From Trichoplax adhaerens (lineage: Eukaryota; Animalia; Placozoa): a DNA stretch of 64,000 bases. The stretch spans positions 383,872 to 447,871 of the forward strand of contig NW_002060945.1 in NCBI RefSeq assembly GCF_000150275.1, written 5' to 3'. Every line of letters begins with the position of its first letter. Positions within the stretch are counted from its first letter, which is position 1. The position numbers and the translations under genes were made by a program. Of this stretch, positions 43,121 to 54,838 are shown piece by piece. The notes under the pieces are model-generated. The model had not been told where the DNA came from, made no database searches, and saw only the letters and a list, made by a program, of their open reading frames with translations.

Positions 43121-44139
43121 ATATTCTACAGTTGATTTACCTAAAGTGTAAGTCAATATAACTAAAGCAGACTTCTAATTAGACATATTTACTGTCAATA
43201 CGGAAACTCATCTTTGCAGGCGATGTTTTTTTTATACGCATCTAAGGAAGAAATTTGTCAAAGATTTTAATTTTCCTTTTATTAGAATAGTAAAAGGGAG
43301 AAGGAAACGTTATTGTGAAGGAAATGAAATCACATATTTCCGTAAGTCTTCACGAAGGCTTGAAGTAAGCGTACAAAATATTCATGTCGAAATCGTGAAT
43401 CCTTCTTTCTGATTGTATTTACAATAATATATTTTATGTCATACATCAAGAAATTTTCACTGACTAGAATCACAGCTGTAAATTATTTGCCGAAGTCGTT
43501 ACTGTAGGAAGGTTATGTATTGTAGAATTATGTTCTAGTATAACTATATCATCTGTGTTTTAAGAAATAATTTTATAAGTTGGATATATTTATTTGGATA
43601 TAAATACAGTATATTAGAGTTAGAGTATATAGTGCTTAAATCATCAATTCAAATTATAAAGATTCTTGAGTCTACAACTGCACGTCGGTAGTTTATGTTG
43701 TAGCGGAACTATATTTGTATACAATTCTATAAAAAATTGTTCTTATCTCAGGCTATATTTGCAGAACATTATCAGCTATTAGAACTAGAATTCGTAGGTA
43801 TTTCTGAAAACATGATAGTACGGGGGGGTTTTATATCGCAACGATTATATTCTAGTGCGATTATATCCGCAAACTTAATAATTAAAATTTATTTCATAAA
43901 TTGGCCACATTATCATTGTAGTTCATCTATAAATTATTAAATTTGTTATTACATGATGCAGGTCTTTTGATTTAGGCAAGAAATGGAATAACTATGTCTC
44001 CCAAATACTACTCGAAATGAATATAGATTACCGTACGTCAGCTGGTTGTAAATAAGAGGCTTTACGTCTACATTGATGTCACAAACCGGAATTGTTTGTG
44101 GCAAGGAAACGCAAGATAAAAGTCCTTAAGCAAACTTAT

Positions 44140-44500
44140 GACTTAAACGCCCTTTTATTTACGTAAAGACGACTTATAAACCGGAGAACTACAACAACTA
44201 GAGCCTTTTGCGCAGCGCATTCGCTTTTATAAGGCTCGATGATAATCGAACATACCAATAACAAAAACAACTTCGATACCACATTACACATGATTTCGAC
44301 TAAGAGATAGTATGAGATTATTCTATTAAGTCATAGTAACCATTATTACATATTGCCGATACTGTCAAACAATCCATTTAACATAACATGGTCATATATC
44401 GACAATAATTAGTAAACAACAACATCAAGTTATCATCAGTTCTACCATATTAGCTAAGATTACGTAAATCTATTCAAATGGTGAGATAACACCGTAACAA
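44140..44500 (+). mobile_element. Possible decayed LINE RT fragment
   Basis: Frameshifted PFYLRKDD / PENYNN*SLL resembles the P..KKGD...P.NYRPISLL block preceding LINE RT; NFDTTLH resembles AFDTV.H. Confidence 0.28.
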
Positions 44501-46139
44501 TTGAATACCAATACACTAACAAGCCAGCTGTAAGACTATACGCGTAAGCTAGTGTACGAAAAGTATATAAAGAACTAAGATCTAATGTTTGCAATTATTA
44601 GACATAAATAATTTATTGTTGAGCATATTCGATTTACAGTATGAACGAGTACCGTATATATACACGTATGCCTGCGAAATCTTTTAACGATTATAATTAT
44701 TTGTATTTGAAGGATCACTGTTACAAGATATCTAACTGAAGAACTGTCATCTTACGATAGTATAACATTATTTAATAATAGTAAAGGGCTAAATACAGAA
44801 TTACTTTCGTAGGATAGATCGATTAAGTCTATAGCATTAGAACTTGGTTAGTTATTTACGTATTTTATGTAATCACTTTTACTTATGTACAATTATGTAC
44901 GGGTATATATGAGTATATATGTTAAGAGCTAGTAATAGCCCTAACTTGCAACAAGGGTTGAAGGAGTGCTTTCTAACCTACAGCACACTACTGTTACTTG
45001 GAATACTAGTCAGTTGGTATTCCTAGGCAGATAGAGTTTAACACCGTGAAACCTTCAAACTTTCTAGAAATTCACAATCTAATTTATAGTCAACGAAGCT
45101 GCCGCTTATATAGGTTTCGATACCTAAAATCGGTTTAACTCCATAGCTTCCGATCTTGTTTAGCTATTTATGCATTTCATGTAATCGCTTCTACTTACGT
45201 GCAAATATATATACGAGAGCATAGAAGTATAATAGAACTACTATAACTATAAAGAAACCTTCCTGATTAATCCAATGTTTTAAACTATGATCATTCTTGT
45301 ATTACGGCAATGCCAATCATAGGAAGATACTGAATGTGATACGGTGTGTTGCATATAAAATACTAATGTTAAAGAATAAGTAATAAAAAATTCAGGATTT
45401 CTCTCAATTAAATTAAGTTTACAAGCATTCAAAATATCCGTTGCCTTTCTTCAACCTTGCAGCCTTATTTTCTACACCTGTCAGGTAAGAGTAATTATGA
45501 TATTGGAGGTAAAATAGATCCTATTACAGGATCATAAATATTTGTATTTGGCCTGAAGGTTGCTAAAGAGTAATGTAGCTTGAACATTTTTGCATATTAC
45601 CATATCGGTAGGCTTGATTAGGATCGACTCTTGAGTCAAAATGCTTGTAAGTTCCTCTTTTTGGCCCACTACTAAAGCTTCAATAAAAGTAAAGTAGGTG
45701 GCGTAGTAAGTGGATAGACATATATAAAAGCTTCAGAGTTATTGAACTTGTATATTTCAGGCAATAATAAGATTTAAATCGCCTGAGAAGTGAGGTCTTT
45801 CCAAATGCAAACTCATTCTTAAACATTCTTTTAAGTATAAGTTAAAGTATGATAAAATGTCTTAAAATTTTACATTAAGAATTTTAATTTCTCGTAAACC
45901 TTTCCTTAATTAGATGGATTAAATCCGTCTGTAAGTGGCTAAGGATTATCCACCTTTATCAGAATAAAACTATCTAACCGCCTACATTAAAAATCTACGA
46001 ATTAGATATTATAATTTTATTCTTAAGGGGCCTTCAGTGCATAAAACAATCTACAGGAAAGATCGATTGTATGGCATAATTTCATTCTTTCATATACGCC
46101 CATTTAGTCATTAAATTTATTCAATATTTCAAGATGCCG

Positions 46140-46601
46140 CTGTTCAAAATGCCTTTGTCACTCTGAGTTCATGCACGTTTTCTAATTGTACGATAATTGC
46201 TTAACTGCTTAATGATTATTGCCAAATGATGGCTAGGGATAGTAGTATCGAAATAGCAATAAAACTAAAATGCTGCTTTAATGCTTCCTTCGCTTACGGT
46301 GCATTGATCTATCGGGCAACTACTACTACTATAATGTAAGTCAATTACTTTGAAATAATTAATTTTTCTTCCATATTTAGTACTATCTTATAGTGATTTT
46401 TAGTTAGTTATGGTAGTCACATGAAGCACAATAGCACCAGGAATTTCTTTGTAGAAAGCAGAATAGACTGGTACGCTTAATAAAGTAATTGTAAAAGATG
46501 GCTGCTATGATGAAACCGTTAACTAGTACTATTGATATTGTACATAATATATAAGTGGCGGTAATCAACAACCATATCACGATATGTTTTATATAATGCA
46601 C
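46140..46601 (-). pseudogene. Possible GPCR remnant (TM1-like segment plus a downstream hydrophobic fragment)
   Basis: YILCTISIVLVNGFIIAAIF resembles TM1 (N1.50); a broken hydrophobic segment FSFIAISILLSLAII follows further downstream. Confidence 0.22.
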
Positions 46602-47498
46602 TAATGTGATCCCTAACTCTAGAGTAGAATATTGCAGAGAAATATTTAATTATATTTTGAATAAGTTACATGGCGTTGTTGTAGAGACTTATCAAGGCGA
46701 CGATTTGGTTTTATCTTAGCTGTTTTCAACTATTCTTATCTTGGGAAAATAAAAAATTCTTCTCCGATATATATGCTATTAATAAATAATACATTTAAGG
46801 CTAAAATACGGTGTTGATCTGTTGTGTTACATTAGAGATTTGCTCAATTTTAATCACTCAAATTTTCAGATAGTAGATTGTGAACCTATGGGGTTATAAA
46901 ATCCATTCACTACATCTGTACAAATTTTCAAGTCATCATTATAAAATAACAAACAAAGGATTCACTTGATAAATTAGCAATAGGTAACACAATCACGATT
47001 TCATCATCTTTGTTAATTGAACAGCCAAGTCTACACGCATGTATTTTAATAACGGAGTTACTAATGGTCTATCGAATCGTAAAAACCAGCAACAGACAAA
47101 ATTATTACCAGAGCTTAAGTAATCAATATAGTATTAGCTAATCAAAGATCAATTATCCATTTTGTAACAGTGGCATTCGTAGTTATGGCTTTCTAATGTT
47201 TATAAGATAAGAGTTGCACGAGCCCGAATACTACCAATACAATATCGTGACTTCTATAATTATTCAGGAATCTAAATTACACGTTATCCTTAGAGGTAAC
47301 TCAAGTTATTTCCTCAGGCAAGAACATTTTACCTATGGTTATGATGTTACAGTATAAAACTAGATGACTGAAAATTTTAAGGTAGCTACTGTAACATAAA
47401 AAATTAAACCTCAATCTCGATATCCACGATCATACAATAATAAAAGAGATTATTTTTGAAAAGGGCACAAACTTTAGCTAGTTCAGACTATCATAAAA

Positions 47499-48947
47499 TC
47501 AAATTTTCTTTCTATCGACAAATTTGCGTAATTTTGTCGGAAGAACTCCTGCTGTTTTACGATAATGATCAATTAATTGATCTAAATCGGCAAATTGATA
47601 TTGATCCTCTAAGCTATATATGATGATCACTTCTTTTTCGGTTATTTTTACCTAAATTGAAATGATGAAAATGAATACTATTTTAATATAAATAAACCTG
47701 ATAGTACTTAATGGTAGTATTCCAACAATATTATTAAAGGGTGTTATGTAGTTTTTATTAATACAGACGAAAATATTAATAAGTTTTTATCCATCAACGA
47801 GTACTAGCATTTAATTAAATCATATGATAAATTTAAGCTACGTATAGTACGATAAGAATATTTCTACCTTGGATGCCATTTTTTCTTTTAGGGCTTCACG
47901 ATTCGGGCAAGAGCCGGCACGAGAGCGGATCTTGTTAATTCTATCAGCCTCAGTTTCTATAGGTACTTTAACTAGTTTTGGTGTTCCAATAATTCGGCTA
48001 GATGATTTACCAAACTCCATCGGTACTAGATGATCACCTGCGTTTTCTCGTAAATCCTAAGAAATTAGCGATAAAGTTTCCGATATCACAGGCGCATCGG
48101 TTTAATAATATATCTCATTAATTAAAATTAAGTGATATTATAAATATGCATTTTAGCTTTGTAATATCAATTAAAGAACTACCCTATTCCTTATAACATA
48201 CCATGTAACAATTATTCTAACAGTACTGAGCAGTTAATCATTTCAGATAGTAAAAGTAATATTTTCTAATGTTGTTGTCTATTTTACTTAAGGAGCTAAT
48301 ATTAAAATCTAATTCTGCTGCTATTGAGAATAAATAGTATCATGCGATAACCGGTTGCGACCTTTAAGAATTAAAAGCATCTTATTATAATACAAATAAA
48401 TATAGATCTAATGATATACAAGCATAATAATAATTTGCAATCAGCCTTTCTTGATTAATAGTGGACTTACAAGAACAATTTGAATGTGATGAACTTTCTT
48501 TTTATGGCATAAGGACAATACTAGAGACCCTGGAGTACTTGTGCTTTCGCGAATAAGAAAAAGCCTAGAGGATATCATTAAAAGTTCATAAATAAAGGTA
48601 CCAACTCGTTCCCATGATTAAATCCTATTTACTTGCTAATTTATTTTCCCTTACTTTATATTGATAATTATTAATAATATGCAATTGTGTTTTTAATATT
48701 GATAATTATCAATAATATACAAATATATGTTTTTTGAGAGTTTCCTTTAGCAATTCTTATCTACTGGCTAGTTTAACTTATGTTACAGCTCTTAATATTG
48801 ATAATTATCAATTAATATGCAAATATGTTTTTTAATACTCTTACCCATCAGATGTTCCTTTATCAGTTAAAATATCGACTGCTTGTATTCGGCTGATAGA
48901 AGTATGAAACCATGGCTGATCGTAAGATAAATCTTTCACGGAAATTC
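47499..48947 (-). CDS. SH2 domain exons (48845-48947, 48471-48564, 47499-47651)
   Basis: PWFHTSISRIQAVDIL...DG|LFLIRESTSTPGSLVLSLCHKKKVHHIQIVL|VKITEKEVIIIYSLEDQYQFADLDQLIDHYRKTAGVLPTKLRKFV; the FLVRES-type arginine is intact. Confidence 0.93.
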
Positions 48948-51900
48948 CTTTAATTAAGTAGATCATCATCAGAAAATAAGCTCATCAAAGATTTATTTGG
49001 TGATAGGATTGCAATTCATTTGTAATTATTTTTGCTTACAGCAATACAATTTAAAATTAGTGTACATACTGTATATCTACAATAAAATAAAACCTGTTAA
49101 AAATACCTTTTTTATCTCTTGTAAATCTCTGTAAATAGAACAAATATGTATAAATTAAAACTAGTTCCAAACACAAATTATAAAATTCTCTTGTAAGGTA
49201 AAAGCGTCATTTTGAAATTGAACTACTAGATTATTTGCATTACAAGTAGATGAATAAAGCTATAAACCAGTCTATAGCTAATGAAGTTATCATAGCTCAA
49301 CAATCGTATTCACGGACCGCGACAGTAATAGAGGGGCTAGTGCATTTACATAGTGCTTTGAAATTTTATTTGAAATTAAAAAGAGTTTTACTTACCATTG
49401 TACCCGTTCTTGCTCTAGGTTCTGGTGCATGTAATAATGGGCCAGACAAAACCGGTGAATCATTAGCTGGCGATGAAGGAGTAGTAGCTACTGTATCTTT
49501 CCTTTTACTTAGACCACGCAAGAATGAAAGTGATCTACTCCTTGGTAACTCGCTGGTAGTATGGCACCGCGATCGCTGCAGTATAAGTTAGATAAATAGT
49601 GATTATACGTATATAGAGAATCTAAGGCGTGTTATTAGATAATCGTAGCTTTATCTAGCAATATCTTAAACTTGGCTATAACTTTTAATTTGTTAACTTA
49701 CCGTGGATGCAAAGTCTTGTGACATAACCTCGGGAGAACTTTGAATCATTTCCGTGTAATTTGTTTTTAATTGCTGGCCGTACTATTAAAATAAATTAAT
49801 CGTCAGTCATATTAGCTATAAATTAATTACTGATGCACCCAATATCATGAGAATAATCTTATATTATGTCTTTATAATTGCAAAAGCCAAGCATTTGATA
49901 TTCAAGGTTATTTAAAATAATAAACACACAGATGACAGCTATATTTCAAGCCGTAAAGCAACCCATTTAGTTATTACCTTTCCAACGCGAAATACGCTAA
50001 ACCATGCAAACAACTTCTCAGCATCATTAGTACACAAACTTTTAAAATTCTTAGGATTAAAATTTTGTAAATTTTCCTGAAAATATATTTATCTGCAGTT
50101 AATTTCGTATCTTTATTAATCACTGTACGTATCATAATCACTTAGGATATAATCTTTAAGCTAGGAAACCAACACTTGGACGAATAAAAATGATTTCCGC
50201 TTGATATAGAATAAGATGTTATCAAGCAAATAAATGAATTCATTTGAACTTACTATAAATACCAAGCAGTGATTACTCGGTGCCCCAAAGTGTTTTTTAT
50301 AATTTAATCCATAGAAACAATCTAGTTCGGCAAACCGACAATAACAGCTAGCTGATTCCTGTGATCAAGAATTAATTGTCATCATAATTTAAAATGGAAT
50401 GAAATCTAAATATTACGTTATAAGTTTCGATATTATTATATATACGAAACGCTGAGAACGTTTCCTTTTAGAACAATTGACTGCGGTCAAGGTGACATAA
50501 ATAAAATGTTATTAAAGAAAAATTTCGTTTTTCATTCCTTTACGTATTGACTTGAAAGAGGAAGTACAATACTAATAGCAAAATCTGTCTATCTTAACAA
50601 AGGCATTATGATAGATTTTATTAGGAATGTATTAGAAATTTTTAAAAAGCTATTAGTTGTATAGAACAAATTTCAATACTCTGGGATTAAATTATCATCT
50701 GCCGTAGAACAGAAAAGTTATATCATGAGATAGTTTGTTGATGTTTGTTACCACTGCTACAGGAATAACTTTAATCACCGCCTATTACGGCTTACTTACT
50801 TTAGAGTCTGATTTACCACAAGTATAAATGCCGTCTTTACGCATTATTGCCAGAACTTTTTTCCATTTCTTACCCTCCTTGATATGTACATTGCCTTGCA
50901 ATTCAAGTAAATGAGAACCGCCATTAAAAATATCCTGAGTAAGAAAGTGCCTAGTTACCATAATTACATTGTAAGCGCTTTTACATAAAATAGTATAATG
51001 TTGATTTGTAATATTACCATTAATAAAACTTGACGCAATTTTTCAGTATTCTTACTACCATCACTTTGGGTAAAGAAGGGTCCCAGGCAATCCTATAAAA
51101 TCAGCCCTGTGATTTACTTTTGGAACTTTTTGAAAAAGTACACCTCGTATATCTATATGCAATAGTACCGTCTCAAAAAGATTAAATACTTATCAAATCT
51201 AATCAACAAATAAGTGATATTCAATAATTATACCGCTGGTCTTTTGATGATATCATATTTTTTCTCATGTAAACGAAGAGTGAGTAAATGATTAATCGCT
51301 GTAGATGAAGATTTGCATATATCCAATACAATTTGATGATCCTCTATAGGCCTTTCTAAAAGTATATACGGTAGAAATCAAAATTAAATCAGTAATACGA
51401 TAAAAATTACAGGTGAAAAAACTGTTGAGTTACAAATATCAATTATGCAGCTTATAGATTAGCCGATGAACTTAAAAAGTACATATATAAATTCTAAAAT
51501 TTCTTAATTTGGCAATATAATATTTTAATCCTATATTGCAGTATACTAATTTCTTGTTATATTACAGAAATATTGTTACCGGTACTCACCAATTTTATAA
51601 TCAGGATAATATTCATACAACTGCCAATAAATACTTTCTGCCTGCTGATGTTGGTATACTGCAAGCTGACAAATTTCACTTGCAGGCATGGTCTTTCCGA
51701 ATTTGATATTTTTATTGCAGTTATTTTCATTACAATAGATTTCGTGAGTGGTCTAAATATTTATAATGAACAAAAACCAATTACTCGCCTACCTAGCATT
51801 AACTGTATATTAGAGAATCGGATTACGAATAAAAAACAATGTCTAACGCATTAAGTAATTTTTAGCTGAAGAATTAATAAGCTGATAGCTATAACTGACT

Positions 51901-52752
51901 CCAATCATAAAAAAATTACTTACTTGTTCAACATCATTAATTGCTCTGTCGGCTACAGCCAATGCAGCAAAAAAATAAAATGAAAAAACAATCAAGAATT
52001 TTAGATAGCATCTTGCTAAAATTAAAAATTATGTTATTCAGTCACTTTAGCTTTTTAAGGAGGTATATGCCATAATCTTCAAATTGACCTACATTTAGAT
52101 TTCGGAGACAAAATTGTTACTCTAGGATGGGCATAGGACATGCTACGTTTGATTTCAATTCCATTGGATTTTTTTTGAGGAACTGACATTATCTGCTGAT
52201 GATTTCGAAAGCGAACGCGAGTAACACGGCAACTAGGAGATGAAGATACAGGCTCGCGTGGACTATCTTGTTCGTCTAGAAATAAAGAATATTAATCGCA
52301 TCCATAACTATGTATTAAGACTGTATCAAATGTTAAATTATCTCTTATTTTAATTAACTTCTGCTATTAATATACCTAACAGGCACACTATACAAGCTAT
52401 CATAAGAATTTCTATCTATCTAAAGTGTCATCAATTAGGTATTTTAAAAAATTGCTTGAATCACACAGTTTGCGTAAATCTTTCTTTTAATATACCAAGA
52501 TCTTCTTCGCTAATGCTGTTCATATTTTGCATCGAACCCCTTCGAGAATTAATCCTGAGCTATGTGCAATATAGTATGGATATAATTTCAAATAAAAGGA
52601 CTTTAGCATATTCTGTTACGCGTATTTTCTCTATCGAATTTATTAACCTGAGTGCCATAAGCAATATCATCGGTAATAACTTGGATATCATCCAAGGTAG
52701 AATTAAACGAAGGATCGCCTTGATTGTCCTTTGTACCGTTAATCTTAGACAT
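47499..52752 (-). CDS. GRB7/10/14: Grb7/10/14-family adaptor (RA-PH-SH2 plus displaced BPS exon); 17 coding exons; 633 aa with the BPS exon, 570 aa without
   Basis: Hand-assembled exons in transcript order, all GT-AG and phase-consistent: 52648-52752, 52496-52559, 52093-52275, 51924-51952, 51590-51752, 51234-51355, 51018-51092, 50800-50934, 50254-50358, 49978-50076, 49702-49782, 49396-49575, 49107-49128, 48845-48947, 48471-48564, 47868-48056, 47499-47651 (1902 nt, ends TGA). Translation shows RA (WQLYEYYPDYKIERPIEDHQIV), PH (ELQGNVHIKEGKKWKK...RKDGIY; LCTNDAEKLFAWFSVFRVGKYG) and SH2 (QPWFHTSISR...DGLFLIRES...LVLSLCH...FADLDQLIDHYRKTAGVLPTKL), matching recalled Grb10/14 motifs. The N-terminal exons are less certain than the domain exons. 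Confidence 0.92.
47868..48056 (-). CDS. BPS-like exon (63 aa, phase 0-0) lying between SH2 exons 2 and 3
   Basis: Acceptor ttcttag|GAT and donor AAG|gtagaa; open frame DLRENAGDHLVPMEFGKSSSRIIGTPKLVKVPIETEADRINKIRSRAGSCPNREALKEKMASK. LVPMEFGKSSSRIIGTP aligns without gaps to the Grb14 BPS core LVAMDFSGQKSRVIENP. Confidence 0.8.
48659..48835. repeat. Three roughly 38-bp units containing the palindrome tattgataattatcaata, within the first SH2 intron
   Basis: Units begin at 48659, 48697 (perfect 18-bp palindrome) and 48796. Confidence 0.8.
49702..50934 (-). CDS. PH domain exons of the Grb7/10/14-like gene (50800-50934, 50254-50358, 49978-50076, 49702-49782)
   Basis: ELQGNVHIKEGKKWKKVLAIMRKDGIY; KKHFGAPSNHCL; LCTNDAEKLFAWFSVFRVGK|YGQQLKTNY resemble Grb10 EIQGFLHVKELGKKSWKK...[42 protein letters not shown]. 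Confidence 0.9.
51234..51752 (-). CDS. RA (Ras-association) domain exons of the Grb7/10/14-like gene (51590-51752, 51234-51355)
   Basis: TTHEIYCNEN...MPASEICQLAV...WQLYEYYPDYKI|ERPIEDHQIVLD...KKYDIIKRP resembles Grb10 [22 protein letters not shown]...AKYEFFKNP. Confidence 0.88.
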
Positions 52753-54700
52753 AATGGATTGACGATGATCATAAGACTGAATACCAATGGAAATTAGATC
52801 ATGGTTTGTTAAATTTCTAGTTGAAGGATAAAAGATGTAGTGTTAATTTGATGAAGGAGTAAGATTTATGAATGACTTTTGCAAAACTGAATCGACATTA
52901 TCAGATTTCAGGATATAGAGTGTATGTAGTTTAATTCAATAGAACCATTCATTTGATAACGTGAATTTACTGTTGATTGAAACTATTATCGTTTCGAAAT
53001 TGTTTCAATATTGATTTACCTTATATCAGAAAATTTATATAAGCTAAAATTAACGCTGATGAATAGCTTACTATACACCATAGCAGTATCAATAATTACA
53101 TGATATACTTGATAATATGATTTGCACTCCATTAAAATAACCATTAGAAAATGGGCTGGCAAAATATAACGATAGCAAGTGTTCAAAAATAACATAAATG
53201 CCCAATTTTAAGTACGGTCTTATCAGAATCTATCTTGAGTCGTTCATACTTGTGAAATAAATAATATGTGCACCAAGAAGCTGTATAAGTGTAGCTATCT
53301 TGATTGTAACCGAATAAAAAAATATTTTAAAACTGAGATTGTCTTAATGAAATATAATAAATAATTCGATCATAACTTTAACTAACCATTCTATTTTATC
53401 ACATCGCTGATGTATGCCTTACTATGGAATGGCTACTACATACTAAATATTTTACTGAGTAAGCTGTTTTATTTGAACTATTAGTTTCAGAGTAAATCAA
53501 ACGAGATTATTTCATCTATAAATTTAATAACCTTTCCACCAGTTAAGAAATACCATCGATTTGCTATGATTTATTTACCCCTTATATATAGACATGGCAA
53601 ATTTTCATGATAATTTTTCAGCCTGATACACACCCTTTGCTTTACGTATAATTAAACATATGCAGGTAATCTCCTAAATTTATCATTTCATTAATTGTTT
53701 TGGTTGTTTATCATTAATAAGACGATAATATCTTCTATCCTAGTCAGCGGATGACAAAGGTTGGAATTTATAATTAATATAGCTTTACGATGGAATTAGT
53801 GATACAGACTTTTATTATTGATATAGAATGCTATGATGAATATTATGGTTACCACATAGCGGGATATTTGTAACAGGAAATTAATAGGCCGATCAATGAA
53901 CAAAATCGACGATAATATCCATTTCAGACTAATTTTTGTTTTGACAGTAAATGTATGAGGCCAAGTCAATCAACCAAATGTTGTGTTTAGAGCGATAGCA
54001 CAGTATATTAATAAAGCACGATGATATTTAATGACTGAAAAGTCTTGAAATTATTGTTAATTAATTTTCAGGGTGGATATTTATGAAAGCTTATGTATCC
54101 TGACACAGATTTTGATCTGCCTCCATAAATTGAGTCTGTATGGCGAAGGCATGGGTTTTTTACGCATCCATTTTAAATCATTCCTCTAGTCAGCTGCGGA
54201 ATCAGTTATGAGGAATACAACTGTTTACACAGTCCTTTTAGGTCGGTTTATCAGAATAGGGTAGGTTTATATTTGTAATGAAAGCAGTTAGTAAATATTT
54301 TATGCTGTATATCTAAATAGACAGTCAGATGGTAGCTGATCCATGCTATCAATGGAATGTTGGTTTCAACAATTCCATTTGTAATTATGATATTGATAGT
54401 AAATTTCGAATTTAAGGACTGATCAAATGATCGCAATATAGTATGTTTCTTAGCGCAATTCCATAAAACAACTTCATGATTACGATATTCAAAATTTTAA
54501 TTAGATGTTGTAATTTAATATCTGTCATATTAAGAATAATTTCCCTAATTAATGAGTAAGGGTCGATAAATTTTCTCTAATGAAGTAGAATGAAAAATAG
54601 TAAAAATAATAATAAAAAAAATTTTTTTTAAGGCGGAGAGATGTGAGAACTAATATTATAAAGCGCCCAAAAACTGTTTTACATCTCAAATTTATCATAG

Positions 54701-54838
54701 ATCCTTATAGAGCAGCCCAAAATAAGCTTAAGACTAAGATTATATTGGTAGTTGTAAGACGAACCTAGTCTTATGTCATGAAGTGAAGTTTACAAGAGAG
54801 TGTAGTTCTTATTATATTTTTGAGAAGACACTTTATAA
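54701..54838 (+). repeat. Interspersed repeat; shorter copy of 3208-3425
   Basis: Same blocks in the same order and orientation. Confidence 0.75.

Noticed and set aside
49250-49591. 113-aa plus-strand ORF
   Set aside because: Antisense shadow of Grb exon 49396-49575; no recognisable protein.
51573-52797. Plus-strand ORFs 51573-51854 and 52456-52797
   Set aside because: Antisense to Grb exons with non-ATG starts; explained by the minus-strand gene.
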